From an uncultured Chloroflexia bacterium (GTDB lineage: Bacteria; Chloroflexota; Limnocylindria; Limnocylindrales; CSP1-4): a stretch of 64,000 nt of DNA. The notes beneath the pieces were generated by a model. The model saw only the letters and a program-made list of their open reading frames with translations. It did not search any database and was not told the origin of the DNA. A program made the position numbers and the translations under genes. Positions 61,154 to 64,000 of the stretch are shown piece after piece; the first letter of the stretch is position 1, and each line of letters starts with the position of its first letter. The stretch is taken from NCBI GenBank assembly GCA_963819655.1, contig CAWFXA010000002.1, positions 640,001 through 704,000 of the forward strand, read 5' to 3'.

Positions 61154-61372
61154 CGCCTGGCGATCGCGCGTCCCAGCGCGGCCGGTCAGAAGCCCCGCCG
61201 GGGGTATGTGCCCCAGGTCCGCATCGGCCGCGCGACCACGCCCGCTACCCGGTAGCGGGTAAGGCAGAACTCCGGCCAGCAGCCGCGTGCGACGTCCGCC
61301 AGCTGTGATGCCAGTGCCGCCCGCATCTGCGACCTTCAGATGAACTCCCTGTTCACTGAAGGAGACCCACAA

Positions 61373-61948
61373 ATGTCCTCAGATCGGAACCAAGACGCTC
61401 GCGCCAGAGGCACGCGGATCGCAGCCCGGTGGCTCGGCATCGGCGTGTTGGCGTTGGCCGCTGCCGGCTGCGCCACGGGAGGCGCCGGTTCGGCCGGCTA
61501 CGGAGCCCCGGCGGCGTCCGCCGCCGCGGTGCCCGCCACGGGCGAGGCCATCACTGCGCAGACCACGTCGCTCGGCGTGATCCTGGTCGACGGCGCCGGC
61601 CGCACCGTGTACGAGTTCGCCAACGACACCAACGGCACGTCGGCATGCACCGGGGCGTGCGCGGCCAACTGGCCGCCCGTCGCGGCGCCGTCGCCGCTGC
61701 CCACGTCGCTGCCCGGAGTGACCGGCCAGCTCGGCGCGATCACCCGCCAGGACGGGACCAGCCAGATCACCGTGGCCGGCCACCCGCTCTACACGTTCGC
61801 CGGCGACACCGCGCCCGGCCAGACCAACGGTCAAGGCAAGGTTCTCGACGGTGGCCTCTGGACAGTCGCGTCCGCGGCGGGCGCGCCGGTGGCGAACGCC
61901 AACCCGCCCAGCGCTGCGCCGGCAGCCCCGGTCGCTCCCGGCTACTGA
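61373..61948 (+). CDS. Secreted repeat lipoprotein (COG4315, Y-X4-D repeats)
   Basis: Lipobox AAGC; GRTVYEFAND, CTGACAANWPP, GHPLYTFAGD. Confidence 0.85.
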   Translation: MSSDRNQDARARGTRIAARWLGIGVLALAAAGCATGGAGSAGYGAPAASAAAVPATGEAITAQTTSLGVILVDGAGRTVYEFANDTNGTSACTGACAANWPPVAAPSPLPTSLPGVTGQLGAITRQDGTSQITVAGHPLYTFAGDTAPGQTNGQGKVLDGGLWTVASAAGAPVANANPPSAAPAAPVAPGY

Positions 61949-61955
61949 GACTTGT

Positions 61956-61986
61956 GCGGCAGGCAGGCCGGGGGCCTGCCTGCCGC
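61956..61986 (+). terminator. Perfect 14-bp hairpin after the lipoprotein gene
   Basis: GCGGCAGGCAGGCC-GGG-GGCCTGCCTGCCGC. Confidence 0.6.
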
Positions 61987-62031
61987 CGAGAGAGCCCATC
62001 GCGGCCGATGAACCGATAGGAGCGGGAGCCC

Positions 62032-62634
62032 ATGCGACCCGACATCAAGCCCTCGATGCCGTTCCCCGACTACGAGCTGCCTGACCAGAACGGCCGCCGC
62101 CGCCGGCTGTCGGAGATGCAGGGCGGCGACTCGATGATCCTTGTGCTGTCGCGCGGCCACTTCTGCCCCAAGGATCGCCGCCAGCACGCCAACCTCGTCG
62201 ACATGTACCCGGAGATCCGGGTCGCCTACACGAAGATCGTCACGATCAGCACCGACAACCTGCTCGAACTCAACGAGATGCGCGATGGGCTCGGCGCCGG
62301 GTGGCCGTTCCTGTCCGACCCCGGCCGAACCATCCAGAAGGACCTCGACATCGCCGAGTACACCGACCCGAGGCATGATCCGATGATCCCGTACACGCTC
62401 GTCCTCGAGCCGGGCCTCCGGATCTACTCGATGTACAACGGGTACTGGTACTGGGGTCGCCCGTCGAATGATGACCTGCGCCGCGATCTGCGGGAGGTCA
62501 CCCGGAGGATCCGGCCCGACTGGGATCTCGGCACGCCGGGCCTGCGGGAGAAGTGGGACCAGGGCCAGCGCGATGACGACTTCTGGCCGTATGGCCGCTC
62601 GATGCGCGAGGTCCTTGCCGCCCAGGAGGCATGA
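62032..62634 (+). CDS. AhpC/TSA redoxin-domain protein (single Cys, FCPKD)
   Basis: FPDYELPDQNG, RGHFCPKD, WPFLSDP, YNGYWYWGRP. Confidence 0.82.
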   Translation: MRPDIKPSMPFPDYELPDQNGRRRRLSEMQGGDSMILVLSRGHFCPKDRRQHANLVDMYPEIRVAYTKIVTISTDNLLELNEMRDGLGAGWPFLSDPGRTIQKDLDIAEYTDPRHDPMIPYTLVLEPGLRIYSMYNGYWYWGRPSNDDLRRDLREVTRRIRPDWDLGTPGLREKWDQGQRDDDFWPYGRSMREVLAAQEA

Positions 62635-62698
62635 GCCTGACATCCAGGCGCACCCCGGCGTCCAACCCAGGCCCATCCAGGAGATCAAGGAGCACGTC

Positions 62699-63172
62699 AT
62701 GTCCAAGATCCACGTCAAGCAGACGACCACGCTGACGCCAGAGCAGTTCATCGCGGGGCTCACCGACTTCGGCCCGGGTCGCTCGAAGCTCTTCCCAAAC
62801 AGCGCCGACCAGTACCTCAAGGTGCATGACGAGGGCCCCGATCAAGCCGACGTCACCGAGGGCTCGGCCGGGATCTGGGAACGCCTGCACTACGACTGGT
62901 CCGATCCCAACCGCGTCGTGCTCACGACCACCGACTCCAACGTGTGGGGAGGCGACTCGGGCCACACCTACACCTTCACACGACAGCCCGGCGGGACGAC
63001 CGATGTTGACGTCGTTATGGTGCGCGAGGGCAAGAACCTCAGGGGACGGGTGCTCGCGCTCGTCGTCGGGATGGTCGGCAAGCGTGCGCTGGAGAAGGGG
63101 CTCGGACAGACCATCAAGGCGATCGAAGCCCGGAACCAACGCCAGCCCCAGTTGCGGGTGTCGAGATCCTGA
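62699..63172 (+). CDS. Hypothetical SRPBCC/START-like protein
   Basis: RBS aaggag; LTDFGPGR..ADVTEG..WERLHYDWS pattern. Confidence 0.65.
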   Translation: MSKIHVKQTTTLTPEQFIAGLTDFGPGRSKLFPNSADQYLKVHDEGPDQADVTEGSAGIWERLHYDWSDPNRVVLTTTDSNVWGGDSGHTYTFTRQPGGTTDVDVVMVREGKNLRGRVLALVVGMVGKRALEKGLGQTIKAIEARNQRQPQLRVSRS

Positions 63173-63187
63173 CTCCGAGAGCTCGCT

Positions 63188-64000
63188 TCAGACCCGAGCG
63201 TCGGCCTCTGACCGGGCCGGAACACTGAAGCGGTAGCCGAGTCCTCGAACGGTTTCGATCGAGCCCGCGTGGTCTCCCAGTTTCCGCCTTAGCGAGCGAA
63301 CGTTGGCCTCGATCACGTTGCTCCCGCCCGCGTATTCGTAGCCCCAGACGTCTCGCAGCAGCGCGGCGCGCTCCACGACGTGCCCCTGGTGCTGCTGGAG
63401 GTAGCTGATCACGTCGAACTCGAGCTTCGTGAGGTCGACCCGTCGCCCGTCAAGGACGAGCTGATGCTGCACGAGATCCAGGATCGAGTCGTCCTCGATC
63501 TGGAGCTCCGCGGCGACGAGCCTGGCCAACCAGCCGTCGATCGACGACGGACCGAAATCATTCTGTGTCGCGTAGTACGGCACGCCATCGAACTCGATGG
63601 GATCGCCCGGTAGCAGCTCGAAACCGAGCGGGGCCACCATCGGGCCGTACGTGGCGACGTCCTGGACGATCGAATAGATCCGCCGGAGGGTCGGCCGCAT
63701 CTCCATGTACAGGCGCTTGATGTCGAGCCAGCTGGCGGCCTGGACCGGAGATGGCGCCTCGCCGTGATCGCGAGACAGCCAGGCCCGGCTGTACAGGACG
63801 CGTTGGCCGCTTGGCACGGGATGCCGCCGGAGATGATCCCAACACCTGGCGAGGAAGAGATCCTCTTCGACGAGCCGGTGGCTCACGCTGTCGATCTCGC
63901 ACACGGTATAGAAGCCGGCGACCGTATCAAGCCGGTCACGCAGGACCCGGAAGGCATCCGGCGCGAGGCGCCACCATGCCGCCATCACGCTCGCCGAAGC
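63188..64000 (-). CDS. Transcriptional regulator with C-terminal OmpR-type winged helix and a non-receiver N-terminal part (5' end outside the window)
   Basis: LTKLEFDV..RDVWG..SNVIEANVRSLRRKL..ETVRGLGY; frame open to the window edge. Confidence 0.8.
   Translation of the reverse strand, partial: ASASVMAAWWRLAPDAFRVLRDRLDTVAGFYTVCEIDSVSHRLVEEDLFLARCWDHLRRHPVPSGQRVLYSRAWLSRDHGEAPSPVQAASWLDIKRLYMEMRPTLRRIYSIVQDVATYGPMVAPLGFELLPGDPIEFDGVPYYATQNDFGPSSIDGWLARLVAAELQIEDDSILDLVQHQLVLDGRRVDLTKLEFDVISYLQQHQGHVVERAALLRDVWGYEYAGGSNVIEANVRSLRRKLGDHAGSIETVRGLGYRFSVPARSEADARV

Overview
High-GC, densely coding bacterial chromosome segment. The lineage is inferred, not proven: a soil or freshwater Chloroflexota (Limnocylindria/Ellin6529-like) or actinobacteria-like organism. 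Core content: tdh-kbl-PHP phosphatase-ECF sigma/anti-sigma-MBL hydrolase run, MalK plus GH13 amylase, tRNA-Glu(TTC), galU, a PknB-like kinase, folC-folP-folB, an HtrA/HK/RR envelope-stress module, rplY, a MoxR-DUF58-VWA operon, LysR divergent from a small Cys/His peptide and a long ICL2-type isocitrate lyase, LigC and Prim-PolC, a degenerate GGDEF/HD-GYP protein with an Ig-like surface protein, a YciI/ECF42 pair, and a redox cluster containing an orphan NuoB. The most informative hidden structure lies downstream of tRNA-Glu. Two degenerate 62-bp direct repeats there read, on the minus strand, like the C-terminal tail of a serine integrase overlapping the tRNA. They bracket a cargo of two epoxide hydrolases and an oxidoreductase whose ends cut through a nuoB-like fragment (homologous to the intact nuoB 47 kb away) and a ParB-like fragment. 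Also seen: two clusters of short palindromic repeats, many apparent leaderless promoters, two likely CTG starts, and five frameshifts that are probably assembly errors. No CRISPR array, rRNA or intact transposase/integrase was found.
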